From NCBI GenBank assembly GCA_965284385.1, contig OZ260077.1:288329-352328 (forward strand): a stretch of DNA of 64,000 nt. The letters run 5' to 3'. This document shows, in pieces, positions 46,587-57,195 of the stretch. The notes beneath the pieces are model-generated. The model was not told the DNA's origin and did no database searches. It worked only from the letters and a program-made list of their open reading frames with translations. This DNA is from Caulobacteraceae bacterium. GTDB taxonomy: Bacteria > Pseudomonadota > Alphaproteobacteria > Caulobacterales > Caulobacteraceae. Made by a program: the position numbers and the translations under genes. The first letter of the stretch is position 1, and each line of letters starts with the position of its first letter.

Positions 46587-47359
46587 GCACCCCCCGGGTA
46601 TTGCAGTTCGCCGTCTGCAAGAGCGCGCAGCATCTCACGATGGACGATCCTGAGTTCGGACCGTGACAACAGTTGGATGACATCCTGCTTTTTCAACCTG
46701 GTCAGAACGCGGCTCACGGTCTCGATCGTCAGACCCAGATAGTCCGCGATCTCGCCGCGCGTCATCACCAACCGGACACGATCGGCACGAGTCGGACGCA
46801 ACGGGTCGTGGCCGGGGAGATCGAGCAGGAACCAGGCCACGCGTTCGATCGCCGTTTTGCGCCCGAGCAAGAGCATCTGGTTCTGAGCGGCGGCCAGCTC
46901 ATGCGAGGTCCGGTTCAACAGGGCGTGCTCCAGGGAGGGACAGTCCTGGATCAGCGACCTGAATGCGGTTTTCCGGAACCGGCATACCGACGCCGGCTCC
47001 ATCGCCTCGGCGGAGAAGACATAGGCGTCACCGACGGCCAGACCGAGAAAGTCACCCGCAAAGAGAAAGCCGATGATCTGACGGCGACCATCGGGCAGGA
47101 GTTTGTAGACCCTGATCGAACCCGAGGAGATGTTGAAGATATGCGGCGCGCGGTCGCCTTCACGGATCAGGACCTCACCCGCCGCGAGCATGACGGGTTC
47201 AGCAATGGCTGCGAGCCGATCCATGGCGATATCGTCTGTGCTGCCGCAAACGCTGAAGGCTCGCGCCCCACAGCTACCACAGACGTTTAAAGGTCGCCGA
47301 TCCGCACACCCGGCTGGAAGGGTGGTAAGCGCCAGCCTTGGTGTCGTCCTGGCTTCCAT
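46583..47359 (-). CDS. fnr: Crp/Fnr regulator, [4Fe-4S] FnrN/FnrL type
   Basis: N-terminal C-x2-C-x7-C (CGSCGARAFSVC), central Cys (SVCRF), HTH with ETVSR. Confidence 0.9.
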   Translation of the reverse strand: MEARTTPRLALTTLPAGCADRRPLNVCGSCGARAFSVCGSTDDIAMDRLAAIAEPVMLAAGEVLIREGDRAPHIFNISSGSIRVYKLLPDGRRQIIGFLFAGDFLGLAVGDAYVFSAEAMEPASVCRFRKTAFRSLIQDCPSLEHALLNRTSHELAAAQNQMLLLGRKTAIERVAWFLLDLPGHDPLRPTRADRVRLVMTRGEIADYLGLTIETVSRVLTRLKKQDVIQLLSRSELRIVHREMLRALADGELQYPGGA

Positions 47360-47391
47360 GGCGTCGGACGCGGTTCCGCTCTCAGATGTTG

Positions 47392-47405
47392 TTGACGTGA
47401 ATCAA
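47392..47405. promoter_or_regulatory. FNR box (candidate autoregulatory site)
   Basis: TTGAC-GTGA-ATCAA between fnr and the divergent ORF at 47440. Confidence 0.8.
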
Positions 47406-47439
47406 AGCGCGGTGACCCCGGACGTTCCAGTTTGACCGG

Positions 47440-47868
47440 ATGACCGCCGCTGTCGTTAGTCGATTGGTCCGAGCCGCGATTGACGAATCCTTCGTCCTGG
47501 CGCGCCTGGGATACCCCGACCTGACCTTGATCGCCTGGCGACGGGCTGCGCGGCGACAGCTTGACCGTAGCGCTGCCACCGGGGGCATCCTGATCGCCCG
47601 GGACGCCGTCGGGCGCCTGAATGGTCTGGTGCTCTATTCGCATTCCGCCTGCATCGCGGCCAGGCCGTGCGTGCAGATCGAGCGACTGGTGAGCTTTGAC
47701 GTCTCTTCCCCCCGATCTGTCGCCGACAAGCTCGTCTCGGAGGTCATGCGCCTGGGTCATCTGGCTGGCTGCGACAGCCTGAGCCTGGTTCGCCCCTGCC
47801 GTCCGCCCGCCGACACAACGCCCCTGGTTCTGGCGTCCGAGACGTCGGTTGCATGCCAGATGTTCTGA
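47440..47868 (+). CDS. Hypothetical protein (possible GNAT-like fold)
   Basis: Clean ORF divergent from fnr; GILIARDAVGRLNGLVLY...GCDSLSL pattern. Confidence 0.55.
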   Translation: MTAAVVSRLVRAAIDESFVLARLGYPDLTLIAWRRAARRQLDRSAATGGILIARDAVGRLNGLVLYSHSACIAARPCVQIERLVSFDVSSPRSVADKLVSEVMRLGHLAGCDSLSLVRPCRPPADTTPLVLASETSVACQMF

Positions 47869-48051
47869 GGGGAGCGGTCTGCGTCAAGTCATTCCTCTCA
47901 TCCGCAAGCCCGCCCGACATCCCGGAGGGATAGGAGAGTCGCGGTCGCTTCGTCTGCGAAATGTCTCCGCCCAAGACCGGTACTGTGACGACCTCGGCCA
48001 GAACGATAAGGCGGGGCACCGTTGAAGCATCGGCCGGCGCCCGCTGGCCGG

Positions 48052-48459
48052 CTAAGGTCTCGAATGGTTCTGCACATCCTGAAGGTAGGCGATCAGATCC
48101 GCGATCTGGTCGCCCTCCAAGGTGATTTCCGGCATCTTCCTGTGGCCGTTGGTCATGCCCTCGGCGAAGGCTTCCTGAAGATCCGTCACGGGATAACGGG
48201 TTCCCAGGTGGCGGAGCGGGGGCGCGGCCGCCACCGGGCTTTCGCCGGTCGGCCCGACCGAATGGCACGCCGCGCACCGGCTCTGCACGAGCGCTCGGCC
48301 CCGCGCCGCCGAGACGAGGTCCACAGCCTGTTTGGGATAGTATTTCGCCGCTTCAGCCGTGCCAGCAGCTTCGCGAAATTCGGGACCAGCCGTACATCCC
48401 GTCAGCATCAACACGCCGACAATCGCGATCAGCCTCAAGACGCTCTCCATACCGCACAT
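48052..48459 (-). CDS. Class I cytochrome c, probable lipoprotein
   Basis: CAACH heme motif, lipobox MLTGC, GHRKMP axial Met. Confidence 0.85.
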   Translation of the reverse strand: MCGMESVLRLIAIVGVLMLTGCTAGPEFREAAGTAEAAKYYPKQAVDLVSAARGRALVQSRCAACHSVGPTGESPVAAAPPLRHLGTRYPVTDLQEAFAEGMTNGHRKMPEITLEGDQIADLIAYLQDVQNHSRP

Positions 48460-48492
48460 CGACCAGCCTGATCTTCGACGAGGCGCCCGGCA

Positions 48493-48506
48493 TTGATCTC
48501 GATCAA
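48493..48506. promoter_or_regulatory. Perfect FNR box
   Basis: TTGAT-CTCG-ATCAA upstream of the cytochrome c gene. Confidence 0.85.
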
Positions 48507-48855
48507 TGTCATCGTGGCGCACCCGTTGGACCTTCGACGCCTGTCGGGAGCGGAAACTCCGTGAAAAATGTCGTCCTCACTGGCACGCAAACCCCGCCTT
48601 CCGTCCAGGACTCACCTGACCCCGACGACCTGGTGAGGGCCTTGGTGGAGCGGGGCTTCTACGTCTTCCGTCGGCTCAATACTCAACAGACCGGCAAGGG
48701 TGGAAAGACCGTCGCCTCCACAGCGCAGGACGTTGCATGGGGCGGACGAGCCGAACCGGTTCCGTCATTCGACCTGAATACAGCATCGGGGGCCGGCCCG
48801 GCGCCATCCTCCAACCTGATCGATGGACCGTCCTCATCGCATGACGCTCCGAGGA

Positions 48856-49233
48856 TCAATGGGGGTAGATCGCCGTCACCTCTCCGGCTCCGTCTCGAAC
48901 TGTCAGATCGAACTGGATACGGTCACCGACGGCGGCCTCCTGCAATACAGCCGGCGAAGCCTTGAACTTCATGGTCATCGCGGGCCACCCGATTGAACGG
49001 ATGGCCTCGTGGTTGATGGTGATCGTCGCCGCCGCCGGGTCCACGGCTGTGATGACGCCCGCGCCGTCTGCGGTCGTGGGGTCGGCGGCCGGCGACGTCG
49101 AGGCGCCATCCGCGCCAACCGTCGGTGATCCGGACTGGGCCATCGGGACCGCCGGGCTTTCGGGTTCCGCCTGCTGACCGCAGGCGGCCAGAACGGCAGT
49201 GATACCGGTCAGCAGGATTATACGGCGCTTCAT
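48856..49233 (-). CDS. cusF: CusF-like periplasmic copper chaperone (lipoprotein)
   Basis: Lipobox VLAAC; [16 protein letters not shown] metal site. Confidence 0.88.
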   Translation of the reverse strand: MKRRIILLTGITAVLAACGQQAEPESPAVPMAQSGSPTVGADGASTSPAADPTTADGAGVITAVDPAAATITINHEAIRSIGWPAMTMKFKASPAVLQEAAVGDRIQFDLTVRDGAGEVTAIYPH

Positions 49234-52200
49234 TGTGTGTCTCCTCGAAGGACGGGGGTCGAACGGAACCTGCGGCGTCTCAGCAGCAGATAGCCCGCGG
49301 GGATAACGAGCATCGACAGCAAAGGCGCCGTGATCATGCCGCCTATAACGGGCGCGGCGATCCGGCTCATGATCTCCGAGCCGGCGCCGTGGCCGATCAG
49401 GATCGGGAACAGGCCCGCCAGGATCACAGCCACGGTCATCGCCTTGGGCCGAACCCGCAGCAGAGCGCCCTCCCGGACCGCATCCTCGACCTGCAGGGCG
49501 TCCGGATCGGGGCCCCGATCCCTCAGCGCGTGCTTGAGGTAGATCAGCATCACCACGCCGAACTCGGCCGACAGGCCGGCCAGGGCGATGAACCCCACCC
49601 CGGTCGCGACCGACTGGTTGAAGCCGAGCAGGTAGAGCATCCATACGCCCCCGGTCAGGGCGAAGGGCAGCGTCGCCATGATCAGGGCGGCTTCGTCGAA
49701 CCGGCCGAAGGTCAGGTAGAGCAGCAGGAAGATGATCGCGAGCGTCGCCGGCACGACGATCTTCAGGCGGTTGGCGGCGCGCTCGAGATATTCGAACTGC
49801 CCGGAGTAGGCGATGCTCACCCCGGGGCCGAGATCGACCTCCGCCGCGACCGCCCGCCGCAGGTCCCCTACCACGGAGGCCAGATCCCGACCGCGGACGT
49901 CGATATAGACCCAGGTCGACGGCCGTCCGTTCTCGGACTTGAGCATCGGCGGCCCGTCGGCGATGCGGATGTCGGCGACCGCGCCCAGGGTGATCTGCTG
50001 GCCCGCCGGGGTCAGGATCGGAAGATTCCGCAGCTGTTCGGGATTGTCGCGCAGTTCGCGGGGGTAGCGGACGCTGATCGGATAGCGCGCCACCCCCTCA
50101 ATGGTTTGACCGATGGTCTCGCCGCCGATGGCGCCGCCGACGATCGACTGGACATCGGCGATGGTGAGCCCGTAGCGGCCGACGGCGGCGCGATCGATAT
50201 CGACATCCACATACCGGCCGCCGGTCAGGCGCTCCGCGATCGCCGAGCTCACCCCCGGCACATCCCCCGCGACCTCGGCGACGCGGCCGGCGATGCGGTC
50301 GATCAGGGCCAGATCGGCCCCGGAGACCTTGACGCCGATGGGGCTCTTGATGCCGGTCGCCAGCATGTCGATGCGGTTGCGGATTGGCGGCACCCAGACG
50401 TTGGCCAGGCCCGGAACCTGAACCGCGCGGTCGAGCTCCTCGACCAGCTTCTCCGGCGTCATGCCGGGGCGCCACTGGTCGCGTGGTTTGAACTGGATCG
50501 TAGTCTCGAACATCTCCAGCGGCGCTGGATCGGTGGCGGATTCCGCCCTCCCCGCCTTGCCGAACACGGTGGCGACCTCGGGAATGGTGCGGATCATCCG
50601 GTCTGTCCTCTGCAGCAGCGCTGACGCCGCCGCCGCCGACAGACCCGGCTGGGCGGACGGCATATAGAGCAGATCGCCCTCGTCCATGGCGGGCATGAAC
50701 TCGCCGCCGACCTGGCTGAGCGGCCAGGCGGTGGTGGCGAAGGCGATGACGGCGACCGCCAGGGTCGTCCGGGGTCGCTTGAGCACCCAGTCGAGCGGGC
50801 CGCGGTAGAGATGCGTCAGCCACCGGTTGACGGGATTGGACTGCTCCGCGGGGATGCGCCCCCTGATGAGATAGCCCATCAGGACCGGCACCAGGGTGAC
50901 CGAAAGAATGGCCGCCGCCGCCATGGCGTAGCTCTTGGTGAAGGCCAGCGGCGCGAACAGCCGGCCCTCCTGGGCCTGCAGGCTGAACACCGGAATGAAC
51001 GACAGGGTGATGATCACCAGGCTCAGAAACAGGGCCGGACCGACTTCCGCCGCTGCGTCGGTGATCACCTTCCAGCGGGTCTCTCCCGCGAGTGGTTCAT
51101 CGGGGTGCTCATGCTCCCAACGCTCGATATGCTTGTGGGCGTTCTCGATCATGACTACGGCCGCATCGACCATGGCGCCCACGGCGATGGCGATGCCGCC
51201 CAGGGACATGATGTTGGCGTTCACCCCCTGCAGGTTCATGACCAGGAAGGCGGCGAGCACCCCCAGCGGCAGGGTCAGGATGGCGACCAGGGCGGAACGG
51301 GCGTGCCACAGGAAGAGGCCGCAGACGAGGGCGACGACGATGAACTCCTCGATCAGCTTTGTGCTGAGATTGGCGATGGCGCGGTCGATGAGCTGCGAGC
51401 GGTCATAGGTCGTCACCACCTCGACCCCGGGCGGCAATCCGGCCTTCAGGGTCTCAAGCCGGTCGGCGACGGCGGCGATGGTGGCCCGGGCGTCGCCGCC
51501 CGAGCGCAGGATGACCACCCCCCCGGCCACCTCGCCCTCGCCGTTCAGCTCGGCGATGCCGCGCCGCATTTCGGGACCGACCTGAACGGTGGCGACGTCG
51601 CCGAGGGTGACGGGCACGCCTCCCGCCGCCGTGCGGACGGGGACAGCCCGGAAATCGTCGAGACTGGTCAGATAGCCGTTGGCCCTGACCATATATTCGG
51701 CTTCGGCCAGCTCCAGCACCGAACCGCCGGTCTCCGAATTGGCGCGTCCGATGGCCTCGACCACGGCCTGGTGGGTGACGCCATAGGCGGCCAGCCGGAC
51801 GGGGTCGAGCACCACCTGATACTGCCGGACCATGCCGCCGATGCTGGCCACCTCGGCCACGCCTGGAACGGTTTTCAGCTCATATCGGAGGAACCAGTCC
51901 TGCAGGCTTCTCAACTGGGCCAGGTCGTGGCGGCCGGAGCGGTCGACGAGGGCGTATTCATAGACCCAGCCGACGCCTGTGGCGTCCGGGCCCAGGGCGG
52001 GACGGGCGCTCTCCGGAAGGCGCGCCTGCACCTGGTTCAGATACTCCAGCACTCGCGACCGCGCCCAGTAGAGGTCGGTCCCCTCGTCGAACAGGACGTA
52101 GACGAAGCTGTCGCCGAAGAAGGAGTAGCCGCGCACGGTGCGGGCGCCGGGCACCGACAGCATGGTGGTCGCCAGCGGATAGGTGACCTGGTTCTCGACG

Positions 52201-52379
52201 ATCTGCGGGGCCTGGCCGGGATAGCTGGTGCGAATGATGACCTGGACGTCGGACAGATCCGGCAGGGCGTCGACCGGGGTCGTCCGCACCGCCCAGAGGC
52301 CCGCCGCCGCCAGGGCGACAGCGGCCATGAGCACAAGAAAGCGAGCGCGAACGGAGGCGCGGATGAGGGCGGCGATCAT
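49230..52379 (-). CDS. cusA: CusA/CzcA-family heavy-metal RND pump
   Basis: [51 protein letters not shown]; about 1049 aa. Confidence 0.95.
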   Translation of the reverse strand: MIAALIRASVRARFLVLMAAVALAAAGLWAVRTTPVDALPDLSDVQVIIRTSYPGQAPQIVENQVTYPLATTMLSVPGARTVRGYSFFGDSFVYVLFDEGTDLYWARSRVLEYLNQVQARLPESARPALGPDATGVGWVYEYALVDRSGRHDLAQLRSLQDWFLRYELKTVPGVAEVASIGGMVRQYQVVLDPVRLAAYGVTHQAVVEAIGRANSETGGSVLELAEAEYMVRANGYLTSLDDFRAVPVRTAAGGVPVTLGDVATVQVGPEMRRGIAELNGEGEVAGGVVILRSGGDARATIAAVADRLETLKAGLPPGVEVVTTYDRSQLIDRAIANLSTKLIEEFIVVALVCGLFLWHARSALVAILTLPLGVLAAFLVMNLQGVNANIMSLGGIAIAVGAMVDAAVVMIENAHKHIERWEHEHPDEPLAGETRWKVITDAAAEVGPALFLSLVIITLSFIPVFSLQAQEGRLFAPLAFTKSYAMAAAAILSVTLVPVLMGYLIRGRIPAEQSNPVNRWLTHLYRGPLDWVLKRPRTTLAVAVIAFATTAWPLSQVGGEFMPAMDEGDLLYMPSAQPGLSAAAASALLQRTDRMIRTIPEVATVFGKAGRAESATDPAPLEMFETTIQFKPRDQWRPGMTPEKLVEELDRAVQVPGLANVWVPPIRNRIDMLATGIKSPIGVKVSGADLALIDRIAGRVAEVAGDVPGVSSAIAERLTGGRYVDVDIDRAAVGRYGLTIADVQSIVGGAIGGETIGQTIEGVARYPISVRYPRELRDNPEQLRNLPILTPAGQQITLGAVADIRIADGPPMLKSENGRPSTWVYIDVRGRDLASVVGDLRRAVAAEVDLGPGVSIAYSGQFEYLERAANRLKIVVPATLAIIFLLLYLTFGRFDEAALIMATLPFALTGGVWMLYLLGFNQSVATGVGFIALAGLSAEFGVVMLIYLKHALRDRGPDPDALQVEDAVREGALLRVRPKAMTVAVILAGLFPILIGHGAGSEIMSRIAAPVIGGMITAPLLSMLVIPAGYLLLRRRRFRSTPVLRGDTQ

Positions 52380-53689
52380 TGCGCGGCTCCCCCGTGGCCG
52401 GCGTGCCCGTTCGCCGCGGCCGGCGCAGGGGGCGTGGCGGATGAAGCCGGAGGCACAGTCGGGCGCTCGCCCGAGATCGGGCGGGCCGCCATCCCGGACA
52501 GGCTGGCTTCGGAATCGATCAGGAACTGACCCGAAGCCACGAGGCGTTCGCCCTCCGCCAGCCCGGCTACGATCTCGGTCATCCCGCCGGATTCCCGTCC
52601 GGTCCGAACCTCGGCCGGCTGGTAGCGCCCCTCGGGCAGGGCCAGCATGACGAGGGTTCTTTCGCCCGTTCGGATCACGGCCTCGGACGGAACCACCAGA
52701 ACCGCTCCGCCGCCGCCGCCGAAGGTGATCTGCCCGTACATGCCGGGCCGCAGGCGTCCCGCGCGATTGGCCATCTCGATGCGCGCCGTGAGCGTGCGGC
52801 TGTCCCCGGAGACCTCGGGCAGCAGCGCCGTCAGACGTCCGCTGAACCGTTCGCCGGGGAAGGCCGAAAGCGCCACCTCCACGGATTGGCCCAGGCGCAG
52901 ACGGCCCGCCTGGAGCTCGGGTATGGCGGCGTTCAGCCAGACCGTCGACAGTCCGCTGATCTCGGCCAGGGTCATGCCCGGGGTGACGCTCATGCCGGCC
53001 CGAACGCCCAGGGTGCGGATGGCGCCGGCGGACGGGCTGGCGACAGTCACCGTGGTCCTCGGCCGTCCGGTCCGTTCGACCTGGACGATCAGCGCCTCGG
53101 ACATCCCGAGCAACAGGAGCCGGCGCCGGGCCGCCTCGATCAGGGCCGCGTCGCCCGTCCGCCGGACAGCCAGATACTCGCCCTGGGCCCCGGCCCACTC
53201 CGGGATGAGCAGGTCGACCAGGGGCGCGCCGGCGGCGATCACGTCGCCGGGCGCACGGCCGTAGACCCGCTGGACGAAGCCCCCGGCGCGGGCCTGGACG
53301 ATGGCCACGTCGCGCTGGTTGTAATCGATGACAGCGGAGGCGTTGAGATCGCCCTCCAGCGACGCCCGGCGCACCGTCGCCAGACGCATGCCGAGATTCT
53401 GGGCCAGGGAGGGATCGATGCGCACGCCGGGCGCGCCGTCCGCCTCGTCGGCGTATTTCGGGATCAGCTCCATGTTCATCGAGGAGCGGCCCGGACCCGG
53501 GTAGCGTTCATTGGGCAGCATCGGATCGTACCAGTAGAGAATCTCGCGCTCCGCGGATGCGGTCTGGCCGGCGGCGGCCCCATTCGCGCGCTCCAGCATG
53601 GGGCGGCCGATCAGGCCGGCCGCGAGGCCCACGCCGAGGACCAGGACAGCGCCCGCGACGAGCGCGACGCGAGGGTTGGAACCGGTCAT
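52376..53689 (-). CDS. cusB: CusB-like RND membrane fusion protein
   Basis: YWYDPMLP...[12 protein letters not shown] heavy-metal motif, biotinyl-lipoyl and beta-barrel regions, [10 protein letters not shown]. Confidence 0.92.
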   Translation of the reverse strand: MTGSNPRVALVAGAVLVLGVGLAAGLIGRPMLERANGAAAGQTASAEREILYWYDPMLPNERYPGPGRSSMNMELIPKYADEADGAPGVRIDPSLAQNLGMRLATVRRASLEGDLNASAVIDYNQRDVAIVQARAGGFVQRVYGRAPGDVIAAGAPLVDLLIPEWAGAQGEYLAVRRTGDAALIEAARRRLLLLGMSEALIVQVERTGRPRTTVTVASPSAGAIRTLGVRAGMSVTPGMTLAEISGLSTVWLNAAIPELQAGRLRLGQSVEVALSAFPGERFSGRLTALLPEVSGDSRTLTARIEMANRAGRLRPGMYGQITFGGGGGAVLVVPSEAVIRTGERTLVMLALPEGRYQPAEVRTGRESGGMTEIVAGLAEGERLVASGQFLIDSEASLSGMAARPISGERPTVPPASSATPPAPAAANGHAGHGGAAQ

Positions 53690-55026
53690 TGGTCGTCGCT
53701 CCTGTAGGCGAGGGTGATGCGGACGGTGTCGCGAGCGACGGCGGCTTCGCGGTCGAGGGCTTCCAGACGCGCGTCGGCCAGGGCGGTGAAGGCGTTCAGG
53801 ACATCCGCCAGGCCCGCCCGCCCGGCGGCGTAGCTGGCGGTTTCCAGATCGGCCTGCTGGCGGGCGGCCGGGACGATGACATCGCGCGACCGGACCCACT
53901 GGTCGCGGCGGGCGGCGAGATCGGCGAGGTCGGCGTCCAGGGAGGCGCGCAGTTCGCGCGCCGCGGCCTCGCGCTCCAGCCGGACGCCCAGGGCGTCGGC
54001 CGAGCGGGCGGCGATCAGCGGCTCCTGGCGCTGATTGGCGAAGAGCGGCAAACGGACGCTGGCGCCCACCGACAGCATGTCTCCGAACATCGGATCGCGG
54101 CGACCGTAGCTGACCTCGAAGGCCCAATCGGGCCGTCGCCCCGATCGGGCGAGGGCGACCTCGGCGTCGGCGCGGCTTCCAGCCGCCCGCCAGGCCTGCA
54201 GGGTCGGAAGGCGCTCAAGACCCGCCCTCAGACCGGCCGGGTCGATCTCGAGGTCGGGAGCCGGCCCGCTCGCCGCCGGGTCCGCGTCGCCGGTCCAGCG
54301 CGTCAGTTCGGCGCGCGCCCTCGCCACATCGGCCATGAGCCTGCTGTGCCTGTCCTGCAGGGCGGCCTCCAGCAGGACGGGGGTCAGGGCGCCGGCCGGC
54401 CGGTCCGTTCCGGCGGCTACGCCCGCGGGGGCGGCCTCCCAGAGCGGCTCCAGCGCCGACAGCACCTCCTCGAGCGTCGCGAGCCGGCGCCCGGCGTAGT
54501 GCAGATCGAGCCAGGCCACGCCGGCGGCCACCCGCGCCTCGCGGCGCGTGATCGCGTCGGCGGCGGCGGCCACGTCGATGTCGGCCTCCGCCACGGCGCG
54601 TTCCGCCCGTCGCCGGGCGCGGCTGGGGACCTCCTGCATGAGGCCGATGCGCGCCATGGTCATTTCGTCGTCGCCGAACCGCCCGGCCATGGGGCCCGAG
54701 ACCGGCAGGTTGTCGATTCCGAACCGGAGCTGTGGATCCGGGAGACGACCCGCCGCCGCCGAGGCCGCCGAGGCCGCCTCCACGCCGAGGGCGCTGGCCC
54801 GCAGCTGCGGAGCGGTGGTTGCGGCGAGCGCGAGGGCCTCGTCGAAAGTCATCGGCTCCGCCGCAGCGGGCATGCCAATGGCGGCGAACAGGCCGATGGC
54901 GGCCGCGGCGGCGGCCACCGTTCCCCTGGGGGCGATCCTGGCCAGCCGGAGTGATTTTCCGCGATCGGGATCGACCGCGGCGCTCGACATGTGACGGCCT
55001 GGAGCCGTCCGATAGCCGGAGTTCAT
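53686..55026 (-). CDS. TolC/CusC-like outer-membrane efflux protein
   Basis: LPDPQLRFGIDNLP, QEVPSRARR, helical repeats; in the cus operon. Start uncertain. Confidence 0.85.
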   Translation of the reverse strand: MNSGYRTAPGRHMSSAAVDPDRGKSLRLARIAPRGTVAAAAAAIGLFAAIGMPAAAEPMTFDEALALAATTAPQLRASALGVEAASAASAAAGRLPDPQLRFGIDNLPVSGPMAGRFGDDEMTMARIGLMQEVPSRARRRAERAVAEADIDVAAAADAITRREARVAAGVAWLDLHYAGRRLATLEEVLSALEPLWEAAPAGVAAGTDRPAGALTPVLLEAALQDRHSRLMADVARARAELTRWTGDADPAASGPAPDLEIDPAGLRAGLERLPTLQAWRAAGSRADAEVALARSGRRPDWAFEVSYGRRDPMFGDMLSVGASVRLPLFANQRQEPLIAARSADALGVRLEREAAARELRASLDADLADLAARRDQWVRSRDVIVPAARQQADLETASYAAGRAGLADVLNAFTALADARLEALDREAAVARDTVRITLAYRSDDQ

Positions 55027-55129
55027 GGGAATGTCCTCGAGCCCCGCGTCGATCACCTTGGTGCGACGCGGGATGCTAGTCGTTCGATCACCGCCCGCGC
55101 GAGCGCGGGCCATGGTCAGCGAAGTTGGG

Positions 55130-55492
55130 CTATGCCGGAGTCTTGGGAGGGTCGCCCAGGGGCGTCGGCCGCTCCCCTGCACGGGTGTCGTCGGCGCTCA
55201 ATGCGACCTGCTGGCGATGCGGCGCCGACGGCCGGGCCGTGACGCCCGCGTCGGACGGAAGAGGAACCGCGACTGCCGCGCAGGCAGCGAGGCCCAGGCA
55301 GTGGGGCCCAGAGTCATCGCAGGGCGCCGGACCTTCGGCTCCTGCCTGCATCATCATTTCGGCGCAATCCGGCATGCCGGCCATGGCGTCTGCGGTCACG
55401 CCCGGCCGCTGGGGCGCGGCGAACGCCGACGCCTGGCCGATGGAGCCGGCCAGGGCGAGGGCGAACAAAAGCGTGCGAACGATGCGCCACAT
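55130..55492 (-). CDS. Small Cys/Met-rich secreted protein heading the cus operon (CopL/DUF2946-like)
   Basis: Signal peptide, DCAEMMM...PCDD...HC...C, C-terminal P..PP motif. Confidence 0.6.
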   Translation of the reverse strand: MWRIVRTLLFALALAGSIGQASAFAAPQRPGVTADAMAGMPDCAEMMMQAGAEGPAPCDDSGPHCLGLAACAAVAVPLPSDAGVTARPSAPHRQQVALSADDTRAGERPTPLGDPPKTPA

Positions 55493-55688
55493 GCCATCGA
55501 CGTTCCGCTTCGCTCTCCGGCGTGTCAAGACGGCGACCGCTCCGCTCAAACCCCGGCTTGACATTCCGAACGAGAGGGGTCTGCGGCCGTGCCGCAAGCT
55601 CGCCCGGGCGGGCCTCCGGGCGCCGATGAAGTGGGAACGAACCAGGTTCCACTGTCCGCGTCTCATTCGCCTCTCCCTTGCGAGATGT

Positions 55689-56624
55689 TCATCCTGGACC
55701 CTCGGTGGCGCCGGCATCGGAACGGCGGCGGCGCACCAGCCCCGCGGCCTCAGGTTCACGCAGCGCCGACGCCAGCAGCGGCGCCAGGGAGATGGCGTTG
55801 CTCGGGTGCGGCACGCTGTCGGTGGACACCACCTGATCAGACACCCGGGCCAGTTCCTCGAAGGCGTTATCGGCGAACACCGCATGCACGACGACGCAGA
55901 CCGGCGGCTTCAGACCCTGGGCCTGGAGCCGCCGGGCGGCCTCGATCAGGGTGCGTCCCGAGGAGGCGATGTCGTCGATCAGCACGGGCCGTCTGCCGGT
56001 CCAGGCTTCGAGATCGGGCAGAACGATCTCGACCTCGCGATCGCCCCGGCGGATCTTGCGCAACACAATATGCGGGGCTCCCACCCGGGCGGCGACGGCC
56101 GCGACCCATTGTTCGCTCTCCTCATCCGGACCGATGATCAGGGCATCCGGAACCTCGGCCGCGATCCAGTCCGCCAGCACGGGCGCCGCGTGCAGCGTCG
56201 CGGTCGGAATGGCGTAAAGGGCCGCCAGATCCGGATAGCGGTGGAGGTGGGGGTCCACCGTGATCAGTCGGTCGAACGCCCCGGAGAGCAGACGGGCGAA
56301 CGGACGGGAGGTGACCGCTTCCCCGGGTTTGAACCGCCGGTCCTGGCGCATATAGGCGAGGTAGGGCGCGATCAGGCTCACCTGCGCGGCGCCGAGATCC
56401 CGCGCCGCGTCGGCCGCGAACAGCAGGCTCAGAAAGCCCGGGTCCGGGCGGGCCAGGCTGCAGACCAGATCGACCGTCCGCCCCGCCATATCCGAGAGGT
56501 GACGGACGTAGCTCTCGCCGTCCGGAAAGCGACGTGTTTCGAGACGGCCCAGTTCGAACCCGCCGGCCGTGGCGAGCCGTTTGGCGAAGGCCTCATTTCC
56601 AGGCAGCGGCACGATCAGTCGCAC
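55689..56624 (-). CDS. prs: Ribose-phosphate pyrophosphokinase-like protein
   Basis: RFPDGE, PYLAYMRQD, VDPH, LRKIR, DDIASSGRT. Confidence 0.9.
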   Translation of the reverse strand: MRLIVPLPGNEAFAKRLATAGGFELGRLETRRFPDGESYVRHLSDMAGRTVDLVCSLARPDPGFLSLLFAADAARDLGAAQVSLIAPYLAYMRQDRRFKPGEAVTSRPFARLLSGAFDRLITVDPHLHRYPDLAALYAIPTATLHAAPVLADWIAAEVPDALIIGPDEESEQWVAAVAARVGAPHIVLRKIRRGDREVEIVLPDLEAWTGRRPVLIDDIASSGRTLIEAARRLQAQGLKPPVCVVVHAVFADNAFEELARVSDQVVSTDSVPHPSNAISLAPLLASALREPEAAGLVRRRRSDAGATEGPG

Positions 56625-56819
56625 GAGAACCTCCGATGGACCGGCGGACGGCCGGCAGGCTCTCCGACAGACGTCGGCGCGCGTGAAATCTTACTGCGGC
56701 GCCGGCCTGATCGCGAAAGCGGGCGTCGGCGGACTGCGGAAGGATGCGGCTCCGGCGGTCGGGCATGGTCCGACGACGCTCAGGTCGCCCCCCCCCCGGC
56801 GATGGTGAGGCCGGCATGA

Positions 56820-57179
56820 TCGCCGTCACCACGTTCCGGGCCGCGCCCGCGGCATAGGCTTCGATGTTGCCGAGGGTGCTCTCGATGATCCTGTCGACCG
56901 CCTCCTGGGTGTTGTAGGCGATGTGCGGCGTGACCAGGACATTGGGCAGCCGAACCAGGGCGTGATCCGCCAGCAACGCGCGCAGCCGGGCCGGATCGAC
57001 CGGGGCGTGCAGCGAAATCACGTCCGAGGCGGCGAGAAGCTCCGACAACGGCACGGCGTGGAAGTCGGCATCCTTTCGCGCTGCGGCGTCCGGGGAGTGC
57101 AGTCCAGGGCGTGGTCCCCGGCGAGGCGGGCGCAGGTGGCCGCCTCCCACTGCTCGGTTTCGAAGATCACGATCGTCAT
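56820..57179 (-). pseudogene. D-2-hydroxyacid (D-lactate-type) dehydrogenase remnant with two internal deletions
   Basis: Three abutting fragments: MTIVIFETEQWE...; ...LSELLAASDVISLHAP; ...LPNVLVTPHIAYNTQEAV. About 360 bp versus roughly 1 kb for an intact gene, with a frame change at the first junction. Confidence 0.75.
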
Positions 57180-57195
57180 CAGGACCCTCCCGGCT

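Noticed and set aside
55556-55590. CTTGACATTCC... resembling a CueR/MerR promoter
   Set aside because: The dyad is incomplete, it faces away from the minus-strand cus operon, and no MerR gene is in the window.
56788-56797. C10 homopolymer
   Set aside because: It lies at the tail of an already broken pseudogene. A slip would only move that gene's stop.
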